DNA of 64,000 nucleotides. Origin: Eledone cirrhosa (Eukaryota). Below are positions 1-15,300 of this stretch, in pieces. The notes beneath the pieces were generated by a model. That model was not told where the DNA came from, did no database searches, and saw only the letters and a list, made by a program, of their open reading frames with translations. The first letter of the stretch is position 1; every line of letters starts with the position of its first letter. The stretch covers positions 71,176,001 through 71,240,000 of the forward strand of contig OZ024745.1 of NCBI GenBank assembly GCA_964016885.1, in the 5' to 3' direction. The translations under genes were made by a program, and so were the position numbers.

Positions 1-757
1 TGTCATCACCATTAACACTACTGTCATCACCATTAACACTACTGTTATCACCATTAACACTGCTGTCATCACCATTAAGACTACTGTCATCACCATAATC
101 ACTACTGTCATTACCATTAACACTGCTGTCATCACCATTAAGACTACTGTCATCACCATTAACACTACTGTCATCACCATTAACACTACTGTCATCACCA
201 TTAACACAACTGTCATCACCATTAACACTAGTGTCATCACCATTAACACTACTGTCAACACCATTATCACTACTGTCATCACCATTAACACTGCTGTCAT
301 CACCATTAACACTACTGTCATCACCATTAACACTGCTGTCATCACCATTAACACTGCTGTCATCAACATTAACACTACTGTCATCACCATTAACACTACT
401 GTCATCACCATTAACACTACTGTCAACACCATTAACACTACTGTCATCACCATTAACACTACTGTCAACACCATTAACACTACTGTCATCACCATTAACA
501 CTGCTTTCATCACCATTAACACTGCTGTCATCACCATTAACACTACTGTCATCACCATTAACACTACTGTCATCACCATTAACACTACTGTCAACACCAT
601 TAACACAACTGTCATCACCATTAACACTACTGTCATCACCATTAACACTACTGTCATCACCATTAACACTACCGTCATCACCATTAACACTACTGTCATC
701 ACCATTAACACTACTGTCATCACCATTATCACTACTGTCATCACCATTAACACTACA

Positions 758-769
758 GTCAACACTACT
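758..769. repeat. Truncated 12-bp monomer (GTCAACACTACT; 9-bp deletion of ACCATTAAC)
   Basis: gtcaacactactgtcaacacc is read directly. The same lesion occurs at 4024-4035 and 4708-4719. Confidence 0.9.
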
Positions 770-2289
770 GTCAACACCATTAACACTACTGTCATCACCA
801 TTAACACTACTGTCATCACCATTAACACTACTGTCATCACCATTAACACTACTGTCATCACCATTAACACTACTGTCATCACCATTAACACTACTGTCAT
901 CACCATTAACACTACTGTCATCACCATTAACACTGCTGTCATCACCATTAACACTACTGTCATCACCATTAACACTGCTGTCATCACCATTAACGCTACT
1001 GTCATCACTATTAACACTGCTGTCAACACCATTAACACTACTGTCATCACCATTAACACTGCTGTCAAAACTATTAACACTACTGTCATCACCATTATCA
1101 CTACTGTCATCACCATTAACACTGCTGTCATCACCATTAACACTGTTGTCAATACCATTAACACTACTGTCATCACCATTAACACTACTGTCATCACCAT
1201 TAACACTACTGTCAACACCATTAACACTACTGTCATCACCATTAACACTGCTGTCAACGCCATTAACACTGCTGTCGTCACCATTAACACTGCTGTCATC
1301 ACCATTAACACTACTGTCATCACCATTAACACTACTGTCAACACCATTAACACTGCTGTCGTCACCATTAACACTGTTGACAACACCATTAACACTACTG
1401 TCATCACCATTATCACTACTGTCATCACCATTAACACTACTGTCATCACCATTAACACTGCTGTCAACACCATTAACACTACTGTCATCACCATTAACAC
1501 TACTGTCATCACCATTAACACTACTGTCATCACCATTAACACTACTGTCATCACCATTAACACTGCTGTCATCACCATTAACACTACTGTCATCACCATT
1601 AACACTACTGTCAACACCATTAACTCTGCTGTCATCACCATTAACACTACTGTCATCACCATTAACACTGCTGTCATCACCATTAACACTACTGTCATCA
1701 CCATTAACACTGCTGTCATACCATTAACACTACTGTCATCACCATTAACACTACTGTCATCACCATTAACACTACTGTCATCACCATTAACGCTACTGTC
1801 ATCACCATTAACACTACTGTCAACACCATTAACACTGCTGTCATCACTATTAACACTACTGTCATCACCATTAACACTGCTGTCATCACCATTAACACTA
1901 CTGTCAACACCATTAACACTACTGTCATCACCATTAACACTGCTGTCAACAAAATTAACACTGCTGTCATCACCATTAACACTACTGTCATCACCATTAA
2001 CAATACTGTCATCACCATTAACACTACTGTCAACACCATTAACACTACTGTCATCACCATTAACACTGCTGTCATCACCATTAACACTGCTGTCAACACC
2101 ATTAACACTACTGTCATCACCATTAACACTACTGTCAACACCATTAACACTACTGTCATCACCATTAACACTACTGTCATCACCATTAACACTACTGTCA
2201 TCACCATTAACACTACTGTCATCACCATTAACACTACTGTCATCACCATTAACACTGCTGTCATCACCATTAACACTACTGTCATCACC

Positions 2290-3470
2290 ATTAACACTGC
2301 TGTCATCACCATTAACGCTACTGTCATCACTATTAACACCTCTGTCAACACCATTAACAATACTGTCATCACCATTAACACTACTGTCAACACTATTAAC
2401 ACTACTGTCATCACCATTATCACTACTGTCATCACCAATAACACTGCTGTCATCACCATTAAAACTGCTGTCATCACCATTAACACTACTGTCATCACCA
2501 TTAACACTACTGTCATCACCATTAACACTGCTGTCATCACCATTAACACTACTGTCATCACCATTAACACTGCTGTCAACACCATTAACACTACTGTCAT
2601 CACCATTAACACTACTGTCAACACCATTAACACTACTGTCATCACCATTATCACTGCTGTCAACACCATTAACACTGCTGTCATCACCATTAACACTACT
2701 GTCATCACCATTAACACTTCTGTCAACACCATTAACACTACTGTCATCACCAATAACACTACTGTCCTCACCATTAACACTGCTGTCATCACCATTAACA
2801 CTACTGTCATCACCATTAACACTGCTGTCAACACCATTAACACTACTGTCATCACCATTAACACTGCTGTCATCACTATTAACACTGCTGTCATCACCAT
2901 TAACGCTACTGTCATCACTATTAACACCTCTGTCAAAACCATTAACAATACTGTCATCACCATTAACACTACTGTCAACACTATTAACACTACTGTCATC
3001 ACCATTATCACTACTGTCATCACCAATAACACTGCTGTCATCACCATTAAAACTGCTGTCATCACCATTAACACTACTGTCATCACCATTAACACTACTG
3101 TCATCACCATTAACACTGCTGTCATCACCATTAACACTACTGTCATCACCATTAACACTGCTGTCAACACCATTAACACTACTGTCATCACCATTAACAC
3201 TACTGTCAACACCACTAACACTACTGTCATCACCATTATCACTGCTGTCAACACCATTAACACTGCTGTCATCACCATTAACACTACTGTCATCACCATT
3301 AACACTGCTGTCAACACCATTAACACTACTGTCATCACCAATAACACTACTGTCCTCACCATTAACACTGCTGTCATCACCATTAACACTACTGTCATCA
3401 CCATTAACACTGCTGTCAACACCATTAACACTACTGTCATCACCATTAACACTGCTGTCATCACTATTAA
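2290..3470. repeat. Tandem duplication of 588 bp (28 monomers)
   Basis: acctctgtc (tct at 2341/2929), aaaactgct (2461/3049) and caataacactactgtcctc (2751/3339) are all offset by 588. Confidence 0.88.
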
Positions 3471-3899
3471 CACTACTGTCATCACCATTAACACTACTGT
3501 CCTCACCATTAACACTACTGTCATCACCATTAACACTACTGTCATCACCATTAACACAACTGTCATCACCATTAACACTACTGTCATCACCATTAACACT
3601 ACTGTCATCACCATTAACACTACTGTCATCACCATTAACACTACTGTCATCACCATTACCACAACTGTCATCACCATTATCACTACTGTCATCACCATTA
3701 ACACTACTGTCATCACCATTAACACTACTGTCATCACCATTAACACTACTGTCATCACCATTAACACTACTGTCATCACCATTAACACTACTGTCATCAC
3801 CATTAACACTACTGTCATCACCATTAACACTACTGTCATCACCATTAACACTACTGTCAACACCATTAACACAACTGTCATCACCATTAACACTACTGT

Positions 3900-5300
3900 C
3901 ATCACCATTAACACTACTGTCATCACCATTAACACTACCGTCATCACCATTAACACTACTGTCATCACCATTAACACTATTGTCATCACCATTATCACTA
4001 CTGTCATCACCATTAACACTACTGTCAACACTACTGTCAACACCATTAACACTACTGTCATCACCATTAACACTACTGTCATCACCATTAACACTACTGT
4101 CATCACCATTAACACTACTGTCATCACCATTAACACTACTGTCATCACCATTAACACTACTGTCAACACCATTAACACAACTGTCATCACCATTAACACT
4201 ACTGTCATCACCATTAACACTACTGTCATCACCATTAACACTACTGTCATCACCATTAACACTACTGTCATCACCATTAACACTGCTGTCACCACCATTA
4301 ACACTACTGTCATCACCATTAACACTACTGTCATCACCATTAACACTACTGTCATCACCATTAACACTACTGTCATCACCATTAACACTACTGTCATCAC
4401 CATTAACACTGCTGTCAACACCATTAACACTACTGTCATCACCATTAACACTACTGTCATCACCATTAACACTACTGTCAACACCATTAACACTACTGTC
4501 ATCACCGTTAACACTGCTGTCAACACCATTAACACTGCTGTCATCACCATTAACACTGCTGTCATCACCATTAACACTACTGTCATCACCATTAACACTA
4601 CTGTCATCACCATTAACACTACCGTCATCACCATTAACACTACTGTCATCACCATTAACACTATTGTCATCACCATTATCACTACTGTCATCACCATTAA
4701 CACTACTGTCAACACTACTGTCAACACCATTAACACTACTGTCATCACCATTAACACTACTGTCATCACCATTAACACTACTGTCATCACCATTAACACT
4801 ACTGTCATCACCATTAACACTACTGTCATCACCATTAACACTACTGTCATCACCATTAACACTACTGTCAACACCATTAACACAACTGTCATCACCATTA
4901 ACACTACTGTCATCACCATTAACACTACTGTCATCACCATTAACACTACTGTCATCACCATTAACAATACTGTCATCACCATTAACACTGCTGTCACCAC
5001 CATTAACACTACTGTCATCACCATTAACACTACTCTCATCACCATTAACACTACTGTCATCACCATTAACACTACTGTCATCACCATTAACACTACTGTC
5101 ATCACCATTAACACTGCTGTCAACACCATTAACACTACTGTCATCACCATTAACACTACTGTCATCACCATTAACACTACTGTCAACACCATTAACACTA
5201 CTGTCATCACCGTTAACACTGCTGTCAACACCATTAACACTGCTGTCATCACCATTAACACTGCTGTCATCACCATTAACACTACTGTCATCACCATTAA
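3900..5300. repeat. Tandem duplication of about 684-705 bp including the 12-bp truncated monomer
   Basis: actaccgtc at 3934/4618 and the 12-bp unit at 4024/4708 (offset 684 = 33 x 21 - 9). caccgttaac at 4503/5208 has offset 705 (one extra monomer). Confidence 0.85.
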
Positions 5301-6320
5301 CACTACTGTCAACAGCATTAACACTGCTGTCATCACCATTAACACTGCTGTCAACACCATTAACACTACTGTCATCACCATTAACACTACTGTCAACACC
5401 ATTAACACTACTGTCATCACAATTAACACTACTGTCATCACCATTAACACTACTGTCATCACCATTAACACTACTGTCATCACCATTAACACTACTGTCA
5501 TCACCATTAACACTACTGTCATCACCATTAACACTGCTGTCATCACCATTAACACTACTGTCATCACCATTAACACTGCTGTCATCACCATTAACGCTAC
5601 TGTCATCACTATTAACACTGCTGTCAACACCATTAACACTACTGTCATCACCATTAACACTACTGTCAACACTATTAACACTACTGTCATCACCATTATC
5701 ACTACTGTCATCACCATTAACACTGCTGTCATCACCATTAACACTGCTGTCAGCAGCATTAACACTACTGTCATCACCATTAACACTACTGTCATCACCA
5801 TTAACACTACTGTCAACACCATTAACACTACTGTCATCACCATTAACACTGCTGTCAACGCCATTAACACTGCTGTAGTCACCATTAACACTGCTGTCAT
5901 CACCATTAACACTACTGTCATCACCATTAACACTACTGTCAACACCATTAACGCTGCTGTCGTCACCATTAACACTGTTGACAACACCATTAACACTACT
6001 GTCATCACCATTATCACTACTGTCATCACCATTAACACTACTGTCATCACCATTAACACTGCTGTCAACACCATTAACACTACTGTCATCACCATTAACA
6101 CTACTGTCATCACCATTAACACTACTGTCATCACCATTAACACTACTGTCATCACCATTAACACTGCTGTCATCACCATTAACACTACTGTCATCACCAT
6201 TAACACTACTGTCAACACCATTAACTCTGCTGTCATCACCATTAACACTACTGTCATCACCATTAACACTGCTGTCATCACAATTAACACTACTGTCATC
6301 ACCATTAACACTGCTGTCAT

Positions 6321-9300
6321 ACCATTAACACTACTGTCATCACCATTAACACTACTGTCGTCACCATTAACACTACTGTCATCACCATTAACGCTACTGT
6401 CATCACCATTAACACTACTGTCAACACCATTAACACTGCTGTCATCACTATTAACACTACTGTCATCACCATTAACACTGCTGTCATCACCATTAACACT
6501 ACTGTCAACACCATTAACACTACTGTCATCACCATTAACACTGCCGTCAACAACATTAACACTGCTGTCATCACCATTAACACTACTGTCATCACCATTA
6601 ACACTACTGTCATCACCATTAACACTACTGTCAACACAATTAACACTACTGTCATCACCATTAACACTGCTGTCATCACCATTAACACTGCTGTCAACAC
6701 CATTAACACTACTGTCATCACCATTAACACTACTGTCAACACCATTAACACTACTGTCATCACCATTAACACTACTGTCATCACCATTAACACTACTGTC
6801 ATCACCATTAACACTACTGTCATCACCATTAACACTACTGTCATCACCATTAACACTGCTGTCATCACCATTAACACTACTGTCATCACCATTAACACTG
6901 CTGTCATCACCATTAACGCTACTGTCATCACTATTAACACTGCTGTCAACACCATTAACACTACTGTCATCACCATTAACACAACTGTCAACACTATTAA
7001 CACTACTGTCATCACCATTATCACTACTGTCATCACCATTAACACTGCTGTCATCACCATTAAAACTGCTGTCATCACCATTAACACTACTGTCATCACC
7101 ATTAACACTACTGTCATCACCATTAACACTGCTGTCATCACCATTAACACTACTGTCATCACCATTAACACTGCTGTCAACACCATTAACACTACTGTCA
7201 TCACCATTAACACTACTGTCAACACCATTAACACTACTGTCATCACCATTATCACTGCTGTCAACACCACTAACACTACTGTCATCACCATTAACACTAC
7301 TGTCATCACCATTAATACTGCTGTCAACACCATTAACACTACTGTCATCACCAATAACACTACTGTCCTCACCATTAACACTGCTGTCATCACCATTAAC
7401 ACTACTGTCATCACCATTAACACTGCTGTCAACACCATTAACACTAGTGTCATCACCATTAACACTGCTGTCATCACTATTAACACTACTGTCATCACCA
7501 TTAACACTACTGTCCTCACCATTAACACTACTGTCATCACCATTAACACTACTGTCATCACCATTAACACTGCTGTCAACACCATTAACACTACTGTCAT
7601 CACGATTAACACTACTGTCATCACCATTAACACTACTGTCAACACCATTAACACTACTGTCATCACCATTAACACTGCTGTCAACACCATTAACACTGCT
7701 GTCATCACCATTAACACTGCTGTCATCACCATTAACAATACTGTCATCACCATTAACACTACTGTCAACACCATTAACACTGCTGTCATCACCATTAACA
7801 CTGCTGTCAACACCATTAACACTACTGTCATCACCATTAACACTACTGACATCACCATTAACACTACTGTCATCACCATTAACACTGCTGTCAATACCAT
7901 TAACACTACTGTCATCACCATTAACACTACTGTCATCACCATTAACACTACTGTCATCACCATTAACACTACTGTCATCACCATTAACACTGTTGTCATC
8001 ACCATTAACACTACTGTCATCACCATTAACACTACTGTCAACACCATTAACTCTGCTGTCATCACCATTAACAGTACTGTCATCACCATTAACACTGCTG
8101 TCAACACCATTAACACTACTGTCATCACCATTAACACTACTGTCATCACCATTAACACTACTGTCATCACCATTAACACTGCTGTCATCACCATTAACAC
8201 TGCTGTCAACACCATTAACACTACCGTCATCACCATTAACACTACTGACATCACCATTAACACTACTGTCATCACCATTAACACTGCTGTCATCACCATT
8301 AACACTACTGTCATCACCATTAACACTACTGTCATCACAATTAACACTAATGTCATCACCATTAACACTACTGTCATCACCATTAACACTACTGTCATCA
8401 CCATTAACACTACTGTCATCACCATTAACACTACTGGCAACACCATTAACACTGCTGTCATCACTATTAACACTACTGTCATCACCATTAACACTACTGT
8501 CATCACCATTAACACTACTGTCATCACCATTAACACTGCTGTCAACACCATTAACACTACTGTCATCACCATTAACACTACTGTCATCACCATTAACACT
8601 ACTGTCATCACCATTAACACTACTGTCAACACCATTAACACTACTGTCAACACCATTAACACTACTGTCATCACCATTAACACTGCTGTCAACACCATTA
8701 ACACTGCTGTCATCACCATTAACACTGCTGTCAACACCATTAACACTACTGTCATCACCATTAACACTACTGTCATCACCATTAACACTACTGTCATCAC
8801 CATTAACGCTACTGTCATCACCATTAACACTACTGTCATCACCATTAACACTGCTGTCATCACTATTAACACTACTGTCATCACTATTAACACTACTGTC
8901 ATCACCATTAACACTACTGTCAACACCATTAACACTACTGTCATCACCATTAACACTGCTGTCAACAGCATTAACACTGCTGTCATCACCATTAACACTA
9001 CTGTCATCACCATTAACACTGCTGTCAACACCATTAACACTACTGTCATCACCATTAACACTGCTGTCATCACCATTAACACTACTGTCATCACCATTAA
9101 CACTACTGTCATCACCATTAACACTGTTGTCATCACCATTAACACTGCTGTCATCACCATTAACACTGCTGACATCACCATTAACACTACTGCCATCACC
9201 ATTAACACTGCTGTCATCACCATTAACACTGCTGCCATCACCATTAACACTACTGTCATCATCAATAACACTGCTGTCATCAACATTAACACTACTGTCA

Positions 9301-12300
9301 TCACCATTAACACTGCTGTCATCACCATTAACACTGCTGTCATCACAATTAACACTGCTGTCGACACCATTAACACTACTGTCATCACCAATAACACTGA
9401 TGTCATCACCATTAACACTACTGTCAACACCACTAACACTGCTGTCATCACCATTAACACTACTGTCAACACCATTAACACTACTGTCATCACCATTAAC
9501 ACTGCTGTCATCACCATTAACACTACTGTCATCACCATTAACACTACTGTCATCACCATTAACACTACTGTCAACACCATTAACACTACTGTCATCACCA
9601 TTAACACTGCTGTCATCACCATTAACACTAATGTCATCACCATTAACACTACTGTCATCACCATTAACACTACTGTCATCACCATTAACACTACTGTCAT
9701 CACCATTAACACTACTGTCATCACCATTAACACTACTGTCATCACCATTAACACTACTGTCATCACCATTATCACTACTGTCATCACCATTAACACTACT
9801 GTTATCACCATTAACACTACTGTCATCACCATTAACACTACTGTCATCACCATTAACACTACTGTCATCACCATTAACACTACTGTCATCACCATTATCA
9901 CTACTGTCATCACCATTAACACTGCTGTTAACACCATTAACACTACTGTCATCACCATTAACACTACTGTCATCACCATTAACACTACTGTCATCACCAT
10001 TAACACTGCTGTCATCACCATTAACACTGCTGTCAACACCATTAACACTACTGTCATCACCATTATCACTACTGACATCACCATTAACACTACTGTCATC
10101 ACCATTAACACTGCTGTCATCACCATTAACACTACTGTCATCACCATTAACACTACTGTCATCACAATTAACACTAATGTCATCACCGTTAACACTACTG
10201 TCATCACCATTAACACTACTGTCATCACCATTAACACTACTGTCATCACCATTAACACTACTGTCAACACCATTAACACTGCTGTCATCACTATTAACAC
10301 TACTGTCATCACCATTAACACTACTGTCATCACCATTAATACTACTGTCATCACCATTAACACTGCTGTCAACACCATTAACACTACTGTCATCACCATT
10401 AACACTACTGTCATCACCATTAACACTACTGTCATCACCATTAACACTACTGTCATCACCATTAACACTACTGTCAACACCATTAACACTGCTGTCAACA
10501 CCATTAACACTACTGTCATCACCATTAACACTACTGTCATCACCATTAACACTACTGTCATCACCATTAACGCTACTGTCATCACCATTAACACTGCTGT
10601 CATCACTATTAACACTACTGTCATCACTATTAACACTACTGTCATCACCATTAACACTACTGTCAACACCATTAACACTACTGTCATCACCATTAACACT
10701 GCTGTCAACAGCATTAACACTGCTGTCATCACCATTAACACTACTGTCATCACCATTAATACTGCTGTCAACACCATTAACACTACTGTCATCACCATTA
10801 ACACTGCTGTCATCACCATTAACACTACTGTCATCACCATTAACGCTACTGTCATCACCATTAACACTGTTGTCATCACCATTAACACTGCTGTCATCAT
10901 CATTAACACTGCTGCCATCACCATTAACACTACTGTCATGATCAATAACACTGCTGTCATCAACATTAACACTACTGTCATCACCATTAACACTACTGTC
11001 ATCACCATTAACACTACTGTCATCACCATTAACACTGCTCTCATCACCATTAACACTGCTGTCAACACCATTAACACTACTGTCATCACCATTAACACTA
11101 CTGACATCACCATTAACACTACTGTCATCACCATTAACACTGCTGTCATCACCATTAACACTACTGTCATCACCATTAACACTACTGTCATCACAATTAA
11201 CACTAATGTCATCACCGTTAACACTACTGTCATCACCATTAACACTACTGTCATCACCATTAACACTACTGTCATCACCATTAACACTACTGTCAACACC
11301 ATTAACACGGCTGTCATCACTATTAACACTACTGTCATCACCATTAACACTACTGTCATCACAATTAATACTACTGTCATCACCATTAACACTGCTGTCA
11401 ACACCATTAACACTACTGTCATTACCAATAACACTGATGTCATCACCATTAACACTACTGTCAACACCACTAACACTGCTGTCATCACCATTAACACTAC
11501 TGTCAACACCATTAACACTACTGTCATCACCATTAACACTGCTGTCATCACCATTAACACTACTGTCATCACCATTAACACTACTGTCATCACCATTAAC
11601 ACTACTGTCAACACCATTAACACTACTGTCATCACCATTAACACTGCTGTCATCACCATTAACACTAATGTCATCACCATTAACACTACTGTCATCACCA
11701 TTAACACTACTGTCATCACCATTAACACTACTGTCATCACCATTAACACTACTGTCATCACCATTAACACTACTGTCATCACCATTAACACTACTGTCAT
11801 CACCATTATCACTACTGTCATCACCATTAACACTACTGTCATCACCATTAACACTACTGTCATCAACATTAACACTACTGTCATCACCATTAACACTACT
11901 GTCATCACCATTAACACTACAGTCATCACCATTATCACTACTGTCATCACCATTAACACTGCTGTTAACACCATTAACACTACTGTCATCACCATTAACA
12001 CTACTGTCATCACCATTAACACTACTGTCATCACCATTAACACTGCTGTCATCACCATTAACACTGCTGTCAACACCATTAACACTACTGTCATCACCAT
12101 TAACACTGCTGACATCACCATTAACACTACTGTCATCACCATTAACACTGCTGTCATCACCATTAACACTACTGTCATCACCATTAACACTACTGTCATC
12201 ACAATTAACACTAATGTCATCACCGTTAACACTACTGTCATCACCATTAACACTACTGTCATCACCATTAACACTACTGTCATCACCATTAACACTACTG

Positions 12301-15300
12301 TCAACACCATTAACACTGCTGTCATCACTATTAACACTACTGTCATCACCATTAACACTACTGTCATCACCATTAATACTACTGTCATCACCATTAACAC
12401 TGCTGTCAACACCATTAACACTACTGTCATCACCATTAACACTAATGTCATCACCATTAACACTACTGTCATCACCATTAACACTACTGACATCACCATT
12501 AACACTACTGTCAACAGCATTAACACTACTGTCAACACCATTAACACTACTGTCATCACCATTAACACTGCTGTCAACACCATTAACACTGCTGTCATCA
12601 CCATTAACACTGCTGTCAACACCATTAACACTACTGTCATCACCATTAACACTACTGTCATCACCATTAACACTACTGTCATCACCATTAACGCTACTGT
12701 CATCACCATTAACACTGCTGTCATCACTATTAACACTACTGTCATCACTATTAACACTACTGTCATCACCATTAACACTACTGTCAACACCATTAACACT
12801 ACTGTCATCACCATTAACACTGCTGTCAACAGCATTAACACTGCTGTCATCACCATTAACACTACTGTCATCACCATTAATACTGCTGTCAACACCATTA
12901 ACACTACTGTCATCACCATTAACACTGATGTCATCACCATTAACACTACTGTCATCACCATTAACACTACTGTCATCACCATTAACACTGTTGTCATCAC
13001 CATTAACACTGCTGTCATCACCATTAACACTGCTGACATCACCATTAACACTACTGCCATCACCATTAACACTGCTGTCATCATCATTAACACTGCTGCC
13101 ATCACCATTAACACTACTATCATGATCAATAACACTGGTGTCATCAACATTAACACTACTGTCATCACCATTAACACTGCTGTCATCACCATTAACACTG
13201 CTGTCATCACAATTAACACTGCTGTCAACACCATTAACACTACTGTTATCACCAATAACACTGATGTCATCACCATTAACACTACTGTCAACACCACTAA
13301 CACTGCTGTCATCACCATTAACACTACTGTCAACACCATTAACACTACTGTCATCACCATTAACACTGCTGTCATCACCATTAACACTACTGTCATCACC
13401 ATTAACACTACTGTCATCACCATTAACACTACTGTCAACACCATTAACACTACTGTCATCACCATTAACACTGCTGTCATCACCATTAACACTAATGTCA
13501 TCACCATTAACACTACTGTCATCACCATTAACACTACTGTCATCACCATTAACACTACTGTCATCACCATTAACACTACTGTCATCACCATTAACACTAC
13601 TGTCATCACCATTAACACTACTGTTATCACCATTATCACTACTGTCATCACCATTAACACTACTGTCATCACCATTAACACTACTGTCATCACCATTAAC
13701 ACTACTGTCATCACCATTAACACTACTGTCATCACCATTAACACTACTGTCATCACCATTATCACTACTGTCATCACCATTAACACTACTGTCATCACCA
13801 TTATCACAACTGTCATCACCATTAACACTACTGTCATCACCATTAACACTACTGTCATCACCATTAACACTACTGTCATCACCATTAACACTACTGTCAT
13901 CACCATTAACACTACTGTCAACACTACTAACACTACTGTCATCACCATTATCACTACTGTCATCACCATTAACACTGCTGTCATCACCATTAACACTGCT
14001 GTCAACACCATTAACACTACTGTCATCACCATTAACACTACTGTCATCACCATTAACACTACTGTCATCACCATTATCACTACTGTCATCACCATTAACA
14101 CTACTGTCATCACCATTAACACTACTGTCAACACCATTAACACTACTGTCATCACCATTAACACTACTGTCATCACCATTAACACTACTGTCATCACCAT
14201 TAACACTACTGTCATCACCATTAACACTACTGTCAACACCATTAACACAACTGTCATTACCATTAACACTACTGTCATCACCATTAACACTACTGTCATC
14301 AGCATTAACACTACTGTCACCACCATTAACACTACTGTCATCACCATTAACACTACTGTCATCACCATTAACACTACTGTCATCACCATTAACACTACTG
14401 TCATCACCATTAACACTACTGTCATCACCATTAACACTGCTGTCAACACCATTAACACTACTGTCATCACCATTAACACTACTGTCATCACCATTAACAC
14501 TACTGTCAACACCATTAACACTACTGTCATCACCATTAACACTGCTGTCAACACCATTAACACTGCTGTCATCACCATTAACACTGCTGTCATCACCATT
14601 AACACTACTGTCATTACCATTAACACTACTGTCAACACCATTAACACTGCTGCCATCACCATTAACACTGCTGTCAACACCATTAACACTACTGTCATCA
14701 CCATTAACACTACTGTCAACACCATTAACACTACTGTCATCACAATTAACACGACTGTCATCACCATTAACACTACTGTCATCACCATTAACACTACTGT
14801 CATCACCATTAACACTACTGTCAACACTATTAACACTACTGTCATCACCATTATCACTACTGTCATCACCATTAACACTGCTGTCATCACCATTAACACT
14901 GCTGTCAACACCATTAACACTACTGTCATCACCATTAACACTACTGTCATCACCATTAACACTACTGTCAACACCATTAACACTACTGTCATCACCATTA
15001 ACACTGCTGTCAACACCATTAACACTGCTGTCATCACCATTAACACTACTGTCATCACCATTAACACTACTGTCATCACCATTAACACTGCTGTCATCAC
15101 CATTAACACTGCTGTCATCACCATTAACACTACTGTCATCACCATTATCACTACTGTCATCACCATTAACACTACTGTCATCACCATTAACACTACTGTC
15201 AACACCATTATCACTACTGTCGTCACCATTAACACTATTGTCATCACCATTAACACTACTGTCATCACCATTAACACTACTGTCATCACCATTAACACTA

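Larger units (their letters stand above)
950..7500. repeat. Diverged block duplication, offset 4,601 bp (about 950-2900 vs about 5550-7500), carrying a shared 1-bp deletion
   Basis: Shared rare markers: gtcaacgcc (about 1253/5854), gttgacaac (about 1376/5977), aactctgct (1622/6223), gtcat-acc deletion (1719/6320), attaaaact (about 2458/7059), caataac..gtcctc (about 2751/7352). 4,601 = 220 x 21 - 9 - 9 - 1. Confidence 0.88.
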
